Source: Eubacteriales bacterium
Lineage (GTDB): Bacteria > Bacillota > Clostridia > Oscillospirales > CAG-272
Reading direction: 5' to 3'
DNA: 64,000 bases
Assembly: GCA_045123975.1 (NCBI GenBank)
Contig: JBGVKV010000071.1
Coordinates: 15-64,014 of the forward strand
Below, piece by piece: positions 27,343 through 35,731 of the stretch (positions within the stretch are counted from its first letter, which is position 1; each line of letters opens with the position of its first letter). The notes under the pieces are model-generated. The model was not told the DNA's origin. It saw nothing but the letters and a program-made list of their open reading frames with translations, and did no database searches. The translations under genes and the position numbers were made by a program.

Positions 27343-29286
27343 TTATCTCTTCTTCGTAGCGATCTCCATAAGGGCCTTGGCCATGAAGTCTTCCACCTTC
27401 ATGACACCGCCGTCTTCCTCTTTACGGGCACGGACAGCCACGGTGCCGTCGGTCTTTTCCTTCTCACCCACTACCAGCATGTAGGGGATCTTGTCCAGCT
27501 GTGCCTCGCGGATGCGGTACTTCAGAGTCTCGTTGCGATCATCCAGCTTGGCGCGGATGCCGGCAGCCTTCAGCTTCTCGGTAACCTCTGCGGCGTAGGG
27601 CGCGAAATCCTCGGCCAGCGGGATTACCACGGCCTGGGTATCGGCCAGCCACAAGGGGAACGCACCGGCATACTTCTCGGTCAGCAGCGCCAGCGTACGC
27701 TCGTAGCAGCCCAGGGAGGTGCGGTGAATGATATAAGGCAGCTTCTGCTGATTGTCCCGGTCGGTGTAGTACATACCGAACTTGGCGGCCAGAAGCATAT
27801 CGATCTGGATGGTAACGATGGTGTCTTCCTTACCGAATACGTTCTTGCACTGGATATCCAGCTTGGGACCGTAGAAGGCGGCCTCGTCGATACCGATCTT
27901 GTACTCCAGACCCAGATTGTCCAGAATCTTCTTCATGACGCTCTGCGCCTCTTCCCACTGCTCGGCGGTACCCTCGTACTTATCGGTACGCTTGGGATCC
28001 CACTGGGAGAAGCGGAAGGTGCAGTCCTCCAAGAGGCCCACGGTATCCAGAACGTGCTTGGCCAGCTCCAGGCATCCACGGAATTCTTCCTCCAGCTGAT
28101 CGGGGCGGAGCACCAGATGACCTTCGGAGATGGTGAACTGTCTTACACGGATCAGACCGTGCATCTCACCGGAATCCTCGTTGCGGAACAGAGTAGAAGT
28201 CTCACCCAAACGCATGGGCAATTCACGGTAGGAGCGTTTCTTATTCAGATATACCTGATACTGGAAGGGGCAGGTCATGGGACGGAGGGCGAAGCACTCT
28301 TTCGTCTCATCGTGGGGATCGCCCAGGATGAACATGCCGTCCAGATAGTGATCCCAGTGACCGGAAATCTTGTACAGCTCACGCTTCGCCATCAGCGGCG
28401 TCTTGGTGAGCAGATAGCCCCGCTTTTCTTCCTCGTCCTCGATCCACCGCTGCAAACGCTGGATCAGGCGGGCACCCTTGGGCAAAAGGATGGGCAGACC
28501 CTGGCCGATCTCGTCCACGGTGGTGAACAATTCCAGCTCACGGCCGATCTTGTTGTGGTCGCGCTTGCGGGCCTCCTCGCGGGCGGCCAAAAAGTCGTTC
28601 ATCTCCGTCTTGGAGGGGAACGCGGTGCCGTATACTCTCTGCAGCATCTTGTTGTCGGACTTGCCTTCCCAGTACGCGCCGGTGCAGGAGGTCAGCTTCA
28701 GTGCCTTTACGGCGCCGGTGGCAAACAGATGGGGGCCGGCACACAGGTCCACGAAATCACCCATCTTATAGAAGGAGATCTCCTCGCCCTCGGGAACGCG
28801 GTCGATGAGGAGCACCTTATAGGGCTCGCCCTTCTCCTCCATCAGCTTCTTTGCTTCGTCGCGGGGAAGGGTGAACCGCTCCAGCTTCTGATTTTCCTTG
28901 ACGATCTTCTTCATCTCCGCCTCGATCTGGTCGAGGATCTCGGGGGTGAAGGACACCTCGGAATCGAAATCGTAGTAGAATCCGTCGTCAATGGCGGGAC
29001 CGATGGTCAACTTGGCCTCGGGGTACAGTCTCTTTACAGCCTCGGCCAGAATGTGGGAGGCGGTGTGACGGAAGGTGCGGCGGGCACCGTCGTCATCGGG
29101 ATCGGCGAAGGTGAGCAGCTTTACGTCGCAGTCGGCCTGGGGCACGTAGGTCATGTCCACCAGCTCGCCGTTCACACGGGCGCAGAGGATCTCACGGGAG
29201 ATAATGCCGGCGCCGGCAGCGGCGTCGTATACGGATACGGGGGATTCGGCGACAAATTCTTCGCCGGTGGAGAAACGGTAGATCAT
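27343..29286 (-). CDS. thrS: threonine--tRNA ligase
   Basis: Trimmed to the ATG at 29286 (GGAGG RBS), 647 aa. TGS N-terminus, HTASHILAEA, class II core. Confidence 0.9.
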   Translation of the reverse strand: MIYRFSTGEEFVAESPVSVYDAAAGAGIISREILCARVNGELVDMTYVPQADCDVKLLTFADPDDDGARRTFRHTASHILAEAVKRLYPEAKLTIGPAIDDGFYYDFDSEVSFTPEILDQIEAEMKKIVKENQKLERFTLPRDEAKKLMEEKGEPYKVLLIDRVPEGEEISFYKMGDFVDLCAGPHLFATGAVKALKLTSCTGAYWEGKSDNKMLQRVYGTAFPSKTEMNDFLAAREEARKRDHNKIGRELELFTTVDEIGQGLPILLPKGARLIQRLQRWIEDEEEKRGYLLTKTPLMAKRELYKISGHWDHYLDGMFILGDPHDETKECFALRPMTCPFQYQVYLNKKRSYRELPMRLGETSTLFRNEDSGEMHGLIRVRQFTISEGHLVLRPDQLEEEFRGCLELAKHVLDTVGLLEDCTFRFSQWDPKRTDKYEGTAEQWEEAQSVMKKILDNLGLEYKIGIDEAAFYGPKLDIQCKNVFGKEDTIVTIQIDMLLAAKFGMYYTDRDNQQKLPYIIHRTSLGCYERTLALLTEKYAGAFPLWLADTQAVVIPLAEDFAPYAAEVTEKLKAAGIRAKLDDRNETLKYRIREAQLDKIPYMLVVGEKEKTDGTVAVRARKEEDGGVMKVEDFMAKALMEIATKKR

Positions 29287-29299
29287 AAAAACCTCCATA

Positions 29300-29540
29300 A
29301 AAAGATAAAGAGTGGATTGCCGCGGCCGGAAAACAAAAAATCCCGACACGCAGCGGATAACTGCGTTCGGGGTGCGGCGTACCGCACGGTTCCACCCGAG
29401 CTTTTCACTCATTGGTATTCACTTATTCCGTAAACATACGGCACGGGCGGTACCCGGGCGACTCCTCCTCTGTGCTTCCACCACGCCCATCGGCGGCACA
29501 GTTCTCTTGCGGCGATTTTCGCACGGACATATTCCGTTAC
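29300..29540 (-). promoter_or_regulatory. T-box riboswitch leader of thrS
   Basis: Minus strand: AGAGA box (29503-29507), candidate ACC Thr specifier (29449-29451), T-box sequence AGCTCGGGTGGAACCGTGCGG (about 29381-29402), then the terminator CCCCGAACGCAG..CTGCGTGTCGGGA + TTTTTT (29335-29372). Confidence 0.8.
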
Positions 29541-29544
29541 AGTA

Positions 29545-29573
29545 AGTATAAACCCAAACGGGGTTTTTGTCAA
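29545..29573 (-). promoter_or_regulatory. sigma-A type promoter of the thrS leader (TTGACA-17-TATACT)
   Basis: The minus strand reads TTGACA (29568-29573), 17 nt, TATACT (29545-29550). Confidence 0.55.
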
Positions 29574-29841
29574 GGGGGAAATTGATGGGGGTGTATTCGG
29601 CGGCCTATTCCATCTCCCCTCAATTTATGCATACCTGATAAAATTTTCGTGCGCCGGTATCCCCCTTTTCCCGTCATCCCCCGTCGGGTATCGCACGGGA
29701 AACGCCTCCGCCCATACAATCTCACGCCGTCCCGTCATCCCCGGTCATTCCCCGCCAAAATACTGCCCCCATCCTTTTCGTTTTTTTGCGTTTCCGGCGG
29801 TGTACAATGATGCCACAAACAAAACACAGGAAGGCATCACA

Positions 29842-32364
29842 ATGAACTCCGAAAACAGAAACAAAAGAATCTCCCTCCCCGCCCGCATCCGCTCGGCGGC
29901 TTTGGCACAGGACGTGCCCTACGCCCGATTTCTCCGACTGATCGCCGTGTTTCTGACGGCGGCGGTGGTCGCGGGAGCGTCCCTGTTCGGCATCGCCCGT
30001 CCCTTCGGTTTATCCTTTATCGCCGCCGCGGGCGGGATCGGAATGAGCATCGCCGCCGCCCTGGGCTGTGTGATCGGCTCCGTTGGCCGGGGGGATTTTC
30101 TCTCCGTGACCGTCTCGTCCGTGCTTCTCCTACTGGCACGGATTTTCCTCGGGGCCCTGATCGCCCCCGCCGATCCTCCCGATAAGAATCCTTTCCATAA
30201 CGCCAAAAAGGATCCTCCCCCGGGAGAAATCGTGAGACGGACTCGCTCTCCCACGGAATCGCTCCCGCCGATGCCGCCGGGGATCCTCCAAAAAATCCGC
30301 TGCGGCGGTGCCACGGAGAGCATCTGGCTTCGGGCGGCCTTCTCCGCCACCGCCGCCATGATCGCCGGAGCCATCCGCATGGTGGGCGGCAATGCCTACT
30401 CCACGGGGGAACTTCTGTCCGTATTTTTCCTCGCTTTGGCAGTGCCCCTGATCACCTTGTCCTTCTGCACCCTGACAGAGCGGCAATTGCGGGTCACCTC
30501 CGCACGGGATGCGGGTGTGCTCACCCTTCTCTTTGCTCTCACCCGTGCCATGCGGGACGTGCGTGGCCTTCCCTTCAACGCCGGGGTGATCTGCGCCTTC
30601 GGCTTGTCCCTGATCGCCGCCAGAGGCCTGGGGGATAAGGCCCATCTTCACACCGATTCCCGTCGGATCACCTACGCCGCCGTGTGCGGTCTGGTCTGCG
30701 GCCTTGCCATCGATCCGGGCGGAGCCCCCATGTACGCCGCCGCCGCCCTCATCGCTGCCGTCATTTTCCCCTTATCGGCGGCGGGTGCCGTATGCGGCGG
30801 CTGGATGACCGCCATCGCCATCTCCTTTGCGGGAGGAGGGCTGGCCTCTTTCGCATCCGTTATGCCCGAATTGACGGTGACGGGAGCGGCCATGATTCCC
30901 CTTATCCATTTTCGGGTGATACCCGACGCACTGCCTCTGCCCCGGCCCGTGATCACCCCGTCCAAATCCAAGGCGGAGGCAGTGGAGCAGGCAGTGATGG
31001 CCTCCGCCCGGGCGGATGCGGGAATGAGCCGCATGAACAACCTATCCGACGCGCTTTATAAGATTTCCGGAATCTTTGCGGCCGTGTCGGCGAAGATGCG
31101 GCGTCCTGCCCTGCCGGATCTGAAGCAGTTGTGCGAAACGGCGCTGGACCGACAGTGCGAGGGATGCGGAAACTACGCCCTTTGCCGGGAGAGAGAATAC
31201 GCCGCTACCACGGATACTTTGTGCCGTATGACGGCGGAATTACATAAGAACGGCCGGGTATCGGCTTCGGTGATCCCGCCCCACCTGGCATCCCGATGCC
31301 ATAAAATGAACGATATCCTGGACGAGGTGAACGAGGGATGCGCGAAATACGCCCGCGTGGCTGTCACAGCCGATAAGAGCGATGTGTTCGCCGATGATTT
31401 TAAGGCGTTTTCCTCCCTCATCTCCCAGATCGCCCGGGATACGGAAAGCGAATTCACCCTGAACGAGGAGTTGTCCCGCAAGCTGCAGCGCTCGCTGAAG
31501 TATATGGATTTTTACGCGGGGAACGTCACCGTGTACGGGGATCGCCGCAAGCGGATCATGGCACGGGATCTGGATATGACGAGAGTCCGTATGGGATCGG
31601 AGGACATCCGACGCGCCTTTGAGAAGATGACGGGGGACCATTTTTCCCCGCCGGAGTACCGCCTGGACGGAGAGACGGTATCAATGATCATGGAAAGTGC
31701 CCCCTGTATCACGGCGGAGTCGGGGGAAGCTACCCGCGCGGCGGGGGACACGGGGAAAAAGGATCATTTTCCCCCCAACGGGGACGCCATCACCCGATTC
31801 GAGTGCACGGACGGTCGGTATTACGTCCTCATCTGCGACGGAATGGGCACGGGCGGGGAGGCATCCCTCACCTCACGGATCTGTTCTTCCTTTTTGGAGG
31901 AGATTTTGCAGGCAGGAGCGGATATGACGGTGGCGCTGACGATGCTGAACAATTATATGCGCTCCCGCTCTATGGAATGCTCCGCCGGCATCGATCTGAT
32001 GGAGATCGATCGGTACACGGGGGAGGCCCGGTTTGTGAAGAGCGGCGCGGCGCCCTCCTTCGTGATCCGGGAGGGGCGGCTGTTCCGCCTTTGCTCCAAG
32101 ACGGTACCCATCGGGATTCTCAGAGCACTGGATGCGGAGATGATCCGCTTCACCTTGGAAAAAGGGGACATCATCGTGATGCTGTCCGACGGGGTAACGG
32201 AGAATTTCGAGGATTCGGCGTGGCTGTGCGATATGCTGTCCACCCGTTCGGTGACGGACGCGTCCCCAACGGAGATAGCCCAGCGGATCGTGGCAGCGGC
32301 ACGTGTGGGCGTGGATCCCGCACGGCGGGACGACGTAAGCGCCGCCGTGATGAAGATCGCGTAA
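29842..32364 (+). CDS. spoIIE: stage II sporulation protein E (PP2C phosphatase, polytopic)
   Basis: ATG at 29842 (AGGAAGG RBS). Roughly 10 hydrophobic segments are followed by a PP2C domain: LICDGMGTGGEAS ... IIVMLSDGV. Confidence 0.85.
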   Translation: MNSENRNKRISLPARIRSAALAQDVPYARFLRLIAVFLTAAVVAGASLFGIARPFGLSFIAAAGGIGMSIAAALGCVIGSVGRGDFLSVTVSSVLLLLARIFLGALIAPADPPDKNPFHNAKKDPPPGEIVRRTRSPTESLPPMPPGILQKIRCGGATESIWLRAAFSATAAMIAGAIRMVGGNAYSTGELLSVFFLALAVPLITLSFCTLTERQLRVTSARDAGVLTLLFALTRAMRDVRGLPFNAGVICAFGLSLIAARGLGDKAHLHTDSRRITYAAVCGLVCGLAIDPGGAPMYAAAALIAAVIFPLSAAGAVCGGWMTAIAISFAGGGLASFASVMPELTVTGAAMIPLIHFRVIPDALPLPRPVITPSKSKAEAVEQAVMASARADAGMSRMNNLSDALYKISGIFAAVSAKMRRPALPDLKQLCETALDRQCEGCGNYALCREREYAATTDTLCRMTAELHKNGRVSASVIPPHLASRCHKMNDILDEVNEGCAKYARVAVTADKSDVFADDFKAFSSLISQIARDTESEFTLNEELSRKLQRSLKYMDFYAGNVTVYGDRRKRIMARDLDMTRVRMGSEDIRRAFEKMTGDHFSPPEYRLDGETVSMIMESAPCITAESGEATRAAGDTGKKDHFPPNGDAITRFECTDGRYYVLICDGMGTGGEASLTSRICSSFLEEILQAGADMTVALTMLNNYMRSRSMECSAGIDLMEIDRYTGEARFVKSGAAPSFVIREGRLFRLCSKTVPIGILRALDAEMIRFTLEKGDIIVMLSDGVTENFEDSAWLCDMLSTRSVTDASPTEIAQRIVAAARVGVDPARRDDVSAAVMKIA

Positions 32365-32393
32365 AGGAGGGGAAAATTATCGGAATAACGAAA

Positions 32394-32428
32394 AAGGGAT
32401 CGGGGCGACGGCCACGATCCTTTTTGTT
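32394..32428 (+). terminator. terminator of spoIIE
   Basis: GGGATCG...CGATCC + TTTTTGTTTT. Confidence 0.6.
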
Positions 32429-32445
32429 TTGATTTTTATTTTGTT

Positions 32446-32699
32446 GTATGGCGGGGGCTTGCTCCCGCCGCAACGTGAGGTTTTTGATTTACTTAGCGGA
32501 CGACCGCGCGAGTTCGCGAAACGAACTCGAGTCGCCCCTACCGGGAATGCGACTTCGGCGCATCGAGTTGGTGAACCAACTCGGAACGTCGCCCATAGCC
32601 TTCCCCAGCGGGGGAAGGTGGTATCCGCAAGGATACCGGATGAGGTGTTTCGTGCGGCTTTGGATTCCAAAAAACGGGAGGAGCAAGCCCCTCCCCTAC
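32446..32699. repeat. cluster of six palindromic units (BIME-like) between convergent spoIIE and cinA
   Basis: Units at 32446-32469 (+), 32497-32541 (-), 32549-32598 (-), 32599-32618, 32620-32637 and 32675-32699 (-). The outer two belong to the GTA(G/T)GG-GGGGCTTGCTCC family. Confidence 0.8.
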
Positions 32700-32720
32700 C
32701 GAGAAATGTGGAGGTCTATG

Positions 32721-33245
32721 TTATCTTGTAGGGGGCGGGACTTGGCAAAGCCAATGTCCACCTACCGCTCCCAACACCAATTCCAGGGCGTAGGCTGCGG
32801 CCATGCCGCAGATCTCCTCCCTCTCGGCTGTGGGATCAAACTGCATCCGCACGGAGGTCACTTCCCCCGAATTCCGCAAAGCAAGGCCGAAGCACACCGT
32901 GCCCACAGGGCACTCGGCACTGCCGCCGCCGGGGCCGGCCACGCCTGTTGCGGACACAGCCACGTCTGCTTCGGTGATGCGAAGGACACCGGACGCCATC
33001 TCCCGGGCGGTCTGCTCGGACACGGCACCGTACTTTTCCAACGTGTCCGCCTTTACGCCCAAGGCAGACTGCTTCGTTTCGCAGGAATAGGACACCATGG
33101 ATCCGCTGAACACGTCCGACGCGCCGGGCACGGCGGTGATCCGCTGGGCGATGCGGCCGCCGGTGCAGCTTTCCGCCGCGGCCATTCTCCATCCCCTTTT
33201 CCGCAGTGCGTCAATGAGTTCCTGTGCCATGTTCTTTTCGTCCAT
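32721..33245 (-). CDS. CinA-family nicotinamide-nucleotide amidohydrolase (PncC domain)
   Basis: AAAESCTGGRIAQRI, VSYSCETK, ATGVAGPGGG; 174 aa; GGAGG RBS. Confidence 0.8.
   Translation of the reverse strand: MDEKNMAQELIDALRKRGWRMAAAESCTGGRIAQRITAVPGASDVFSGSMVSYSCETKQSALGVKADTLEKYGAVSEQTAREMASGVLRITEADVAVSATGVAGPGGGSAECPVGTVCFGLALRNSGEVTSVRMQFDPTAEREEICGMAAAYALELVLGAVGGHWLCQVPPPTR
32728..32765 (-). repeat. REP-like nested palindrome forming the last 13 codons of cinA/pncC
   Basis: The gene strand reads GTAGGTGGAC-ATTGGCTTTGCCAA-GTCCCGCCCCCTAC and encodes VGGHWLCQVPPPT. Confidence 0.6.
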
Positions 33246-33402
33246 AACGGTACCTCCCGCGATCTTGATCTTTATGATGAAATTCTATCACCGGGGCGTG
33301 GTTTTGTCAAGGGATTTCCCTTGCGCGGGTGTGCCTTATGGGGTATAATAGAGGGAGGTACGAGAACAGACTTTTTTGTAACTCCAATTTTCGCACAATA
33401 TG

Positions 33403-33537
33403 GTAGGGGAGGGGCTTGCTCCTCCCGCTATTATGGATTACTGAAATTTCGCACCGGAAGTCTATACCCACGCTGTATCTTCCGCCGTTCCGTTTGTATG
33501 AACCATTTACCTCGGGAGGAGCAAGCCCCTCCCCTAC
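33403..33537. repeat. REPIN-like inverted REP pair in the traX leader
   Basis: GTAGGGGAGGGGCTTGCTCCTCCCG (33403-33427, +) and its exact reverse complement (33513-33537), separated by 85 nt. Confidence 0.85.
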
Positions 33538-33595
33538 CGGTTACACCTTGATTCATCGTTTTTCTCTTTATCGGCAATACAAGGTCCAATTAGAA

Positions 33596-33627
33596 CTTTT
33601 ATAAAAAGGGTCCGCACCCCCAAAAAC
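33596..33627 (-). repeat. dispersed repeat, half copy of module Y
   Basis: AAAAAGGGTCCGCACCCCCAAAAACC. Confidence 0.7.
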
Positions 33628-33650
33628 CATCCGCCAACCAAGGAGATTCT

Positions 33651-34337
33651 ATGTCCGCATTTGTACTAAAACTGCTGGCGGCAGCCTGCATGCTCATCGA
33701 CCACGCGGGACTTCTGTTGTTTCCCTCCCAGATCTGGATGCGTGCCGTGGGCCGGCTGGCCTTCCCCATCTTTGCCTATTTCATCGGCGAGGGATTTTAT
33801 TACACAAAAAACCGCCTGAAATATTTTCTGCGCATCTTTCTTTTGGGCATTGCCTGCCAGATCCCCTACGCGGTGGTTGGCTATCCCCTTGAATTGGGGA
33901 TCCTCATCACCTTCTCGATCTCCCTTTGCCTGATGGCGCTGCTTACTCGGGCACAAACGGGATTCCGCGAGAAAAACGAGGGCGCCGTCTGGCTCATCGC
34001 CTTCACCATGGCGGTGGTGTGTGCCGGATTTTTGTGCTATCACGTGAGTGTGGATTACGGATTCTTCGGCATTCTTCTGCCCGTGTGGATGTGCCCCTTT
34101 GAGAAAAAATCCCATCGGCTGGCCGCCTTCTCGGCGGGACTCATCGCCCTGTGCGCCTATTATGCCTATCCCTCCCTGTGGGATCTGCAGAATCTGTGCC
34201 TGCTGTCCATCCCCCTTCTGCTCCTCTATAACGGCAAGCCGGGCAAATACCGCCTGAAGCAGTTTTTCTATATCTTCTATCCCGCCCATCTGGCGGTGTT
34301 GTGGGGCATCGATTGGCTGACAGCCCGCTTCTTTTAA
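33651..34337 (+). CDS. TraX-family membrane protein
   Basis: LKLLAAACMLIDHAG..., RLAFPIFAYFIGEG; polytopic, 228 aa. Confidence 0.75.
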   Translation: MSAFVLKLLAAACMLIDHAGLLLFPSQIWMRAVGRLAFPIFAYFIGEGFYYTKNRLKYFLRIFLLGIACQIPYAVVGYPLELGILITFSISLCLMALLTRAQTGFREKNEGAVWLIAFTMAVVCAGFLCYHVSVDYGFFGILLPVWMCPFEKKSHRLAAFSAGLIALCAYYAYPSLWDLQNLCLLSIPLLLLYNGKPGKYRLKQFFYIFYPAHLAVLWGIDWLTARFF

Positions 34338-34430
34338 GGGAAATTTTTCGCCAAATTCTTTACATCCCCCACGCGGGGTGATATAATATTGATAATCATA
34401 TATTATCTTCATTTGGAAAGGATACATATC

Positions 34431-35006
34431 ATGGCAAATAAAGTTTTGGTAGAAACCTCCGCCCGTCACGTACACCTCACCGAGGAGCATATCGAGATCC
34501 TGTTCGGTAAGGGTCACACCCTCACCCACAAGAAGGATCTGAGCCAGCCCGGCCAGTTCGCTTGCGAGGAGAGAGTTACCGTTGTGGGCCCCAAGAAGTC
34601 CATCGCCAACGTAATCGTTCTCGGTCCCGCAAGACCTGCTTCTCAGGTTGAGGTTTCCCTCACCGATGCCCGCACCCTGGGCGTTGAGGCTCCCGTTCGC
34701 GAGAGCGGCGACGTTGCCGGCTCCGGTGCCTGCAAGCTGGTTGGACCTGAGGGTGAAGTTGAGCTCACCGAGGGCGTAATCGCTGCTAAGCGTCACATTC
34801 ACCTGACCCCCGCTGACGCAGAAGGCTTTGGCGTTGCGGACAAGGAAATCGTAAACGTTAAGGTAGAGAGCGCAGACCGCAGCCTGATCTTCGGCGACGT
34901 AGTCGTTCGTGTCAGCCCCAAGTTCGCTGCCGCTATGCACATCGACACCGACGAATCCAACGCAATGCACGCTTGCGGCGTTGTTTACGGCGAGATCCTG
35001 AAGTAA
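34431..35006 (+). CDS. pduL: phosphate propanoyltransferase/acyltransferase PduL
   Basis: Trimmed to the ATG at 34431. Duplicated PduL halves with SARHVHL and AKRHIHL motifs; 191 aa. Confidence 0.85.
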   Translation: MANKVLVETSARHVHLTEEHIEILFGKGHTLTHKKDLSQPGQFACEERVTVVGPKKSIANVIVLGPARPASQVEVSLTDARTLGVEAPVRESGDVAGSGACKLVGPEGEVELTEGVIAAKRHIHLTPADAEGFGVADKEIVNVKVESADRSLIFGDVVVRVSPKFAAAMHIDTDESNAMHACGVVYGEILK

Positions 35007-35016
35007 TTCCAATAAG

Positions 35017-35046
35017 AAAATCCGCCCATCCGGGCGGATTTTTTTG
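35017..35046 (+). terminator. terminator of pduL
   Basis: AAAATCCGCCC-ATC-CGGGCGGATTTTTTT. Confidence 0.85.
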
Positions 35047-35094
35047 TTGGACGCACCGAGCCAGAGAGAATCTATAAATGTTTTGAAGAAGAAT

Positions 35095-35248
35095 AAAAGG
35101 GGAGACCGCTCCGTAGGTCTCCCCTTTTCATCCCCACATGGGCTCGGGGAGATCCCCGAGACCCCCAGATCGACGAACAGCAAAACGGGCGAGCCAGCAT
35201 AGACGCGTTCGTTTTTGAACGCACTCCTGCGGAGTGCGAGGGATAGCG
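35095..35248 (-). repeat. structured ~155-nt unit, copy A (inverted relative to copy B)
   Basis: Its reverse complement aligns along its whole length with 35467-35625. Shared features are a GCACTCC/GGAGTGC hairpin, CTCGGGG..CCCCGAG hairpin, CCCATG.GGGGAT and a terminal GGGGAGACC..GGTCTCCCC hairpin + TTTT. Confidence 0.7.
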
Positions 35249-35348
35249 TATATTGGAGACAACGGAGGATGAATCGTTTCATAAACTAACTTCCTCGTTC
35301 CCTTCCGTCAATCTAAGAGGTAAGCATTACTCCTAACTGTACTTAATG

Positions 35349-35373
35349 ATGCCGCCGATGGCGGCATTTTTTT
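35349..35373 (+). terminator. isolated intrinsic-terminator-like hairpin
   Basis: ATGCCGCC-GAT-GGCGGCAT + TTTTTTT. No annotated gene lies upstream of it. Confidence 0.5.
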
Positions 35374-35466
35374 ATGTTGGGTAGGAGAAGTGGTTTGGTT
35401 TAGGATAACGGAACTGTTCGTTGAATTTGGATAAAGGACCGTCGAGGACGCCAATCCCTACGATTT

Positions 35467-35625
35467 CGTCTACCCTTTGCGCATCGAAGATGCGCATTCA
35501 AAAAGCGATGGCGTTTTTGATACCTGCATCGTATCGATACACTTCGTTCCGGGGGTCTCGGGGGTGTCCCCCCGAGCCCATGAGGGGATATAAAGGGGAG
35601 ATTTGCGGGGAGCAATCTCCCCTTT
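35467..35625 (+). repeat. structured ~155-nt unit, copy B
   Basis: GCGCATC-GAA-GATGCGC, CTCGGGGG-TGT-CCCCCGAG, CCCATGAGGGGAT, GGGGAGATT..AATCTCCCC + TTTG. Stems differ from copy A by compensatory changes. Confidence 0.7.
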
Positions 35626-35652
35626 GATCGTTTGGCGAGAAGTTTCGCGAAA

Positions 35653-35670
35653 CGGGACGCCTGTCCCTAC
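35653..35670 (-). repeat. GTAG-type REP variant
   Basis: The minus strand reads GTAGGGACAGGCGTCCCG (GTAG + GGGAC-AGGC-GTCCC). Confidence 0.6.
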
Positions 35671-35697
35671 AACTTTTTATATTCTAAATCCCACCAA

Positions 35698-35731
35698 ACA
35701 AAAAAACGGCTATTGCTTCTGCAATAGCCGC
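35698..35731 (-). terminator. strong intrinsic terminator on the minus strand
   Basis: The minus strand reads GCGGCTATTGC-AGAA-GCAATAGCCG + TTTTTTT. Confidence 0.75.

Noticed and set aside
32446-32699. A CRISPR array, here and in other repeat-dense gaps.
   Set aside because: The units differ in sequence, length and orientation. They are each self-complementary and lack regular repeat-spacer periodicity. No cas genes or leader are present.
35095-35625. An invertible promoter switch (inverton) bounded by the inverted units.
   Set aside because: Not adopted as the primary reading. The inverted arms are ~155 bp and only ~75% identical, whereas invertons usually have short near-perfect IRs. No invertase or recombinase gene is in the window, and no clear promoter was seen in the 218-bp core. 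It is kept as a testable alternative in the finding.
35421-35627. A 68-aa ORF (TTG start) covering repeat unit B, and the start of the 538-aa minus ORF (35282) covering unit A, considered as a pair of paralogous small-protein genes.
   Set aside because: The peptides are Cys/Arg/Pro/Gly-rich junk. The differences between the units are compensatory stem changes that alter the amino acids. The unit A frame has no stop for 1.6 kb and runs antisense through pduL and traX. An RNA- or DNA-level element is more parsimonious.
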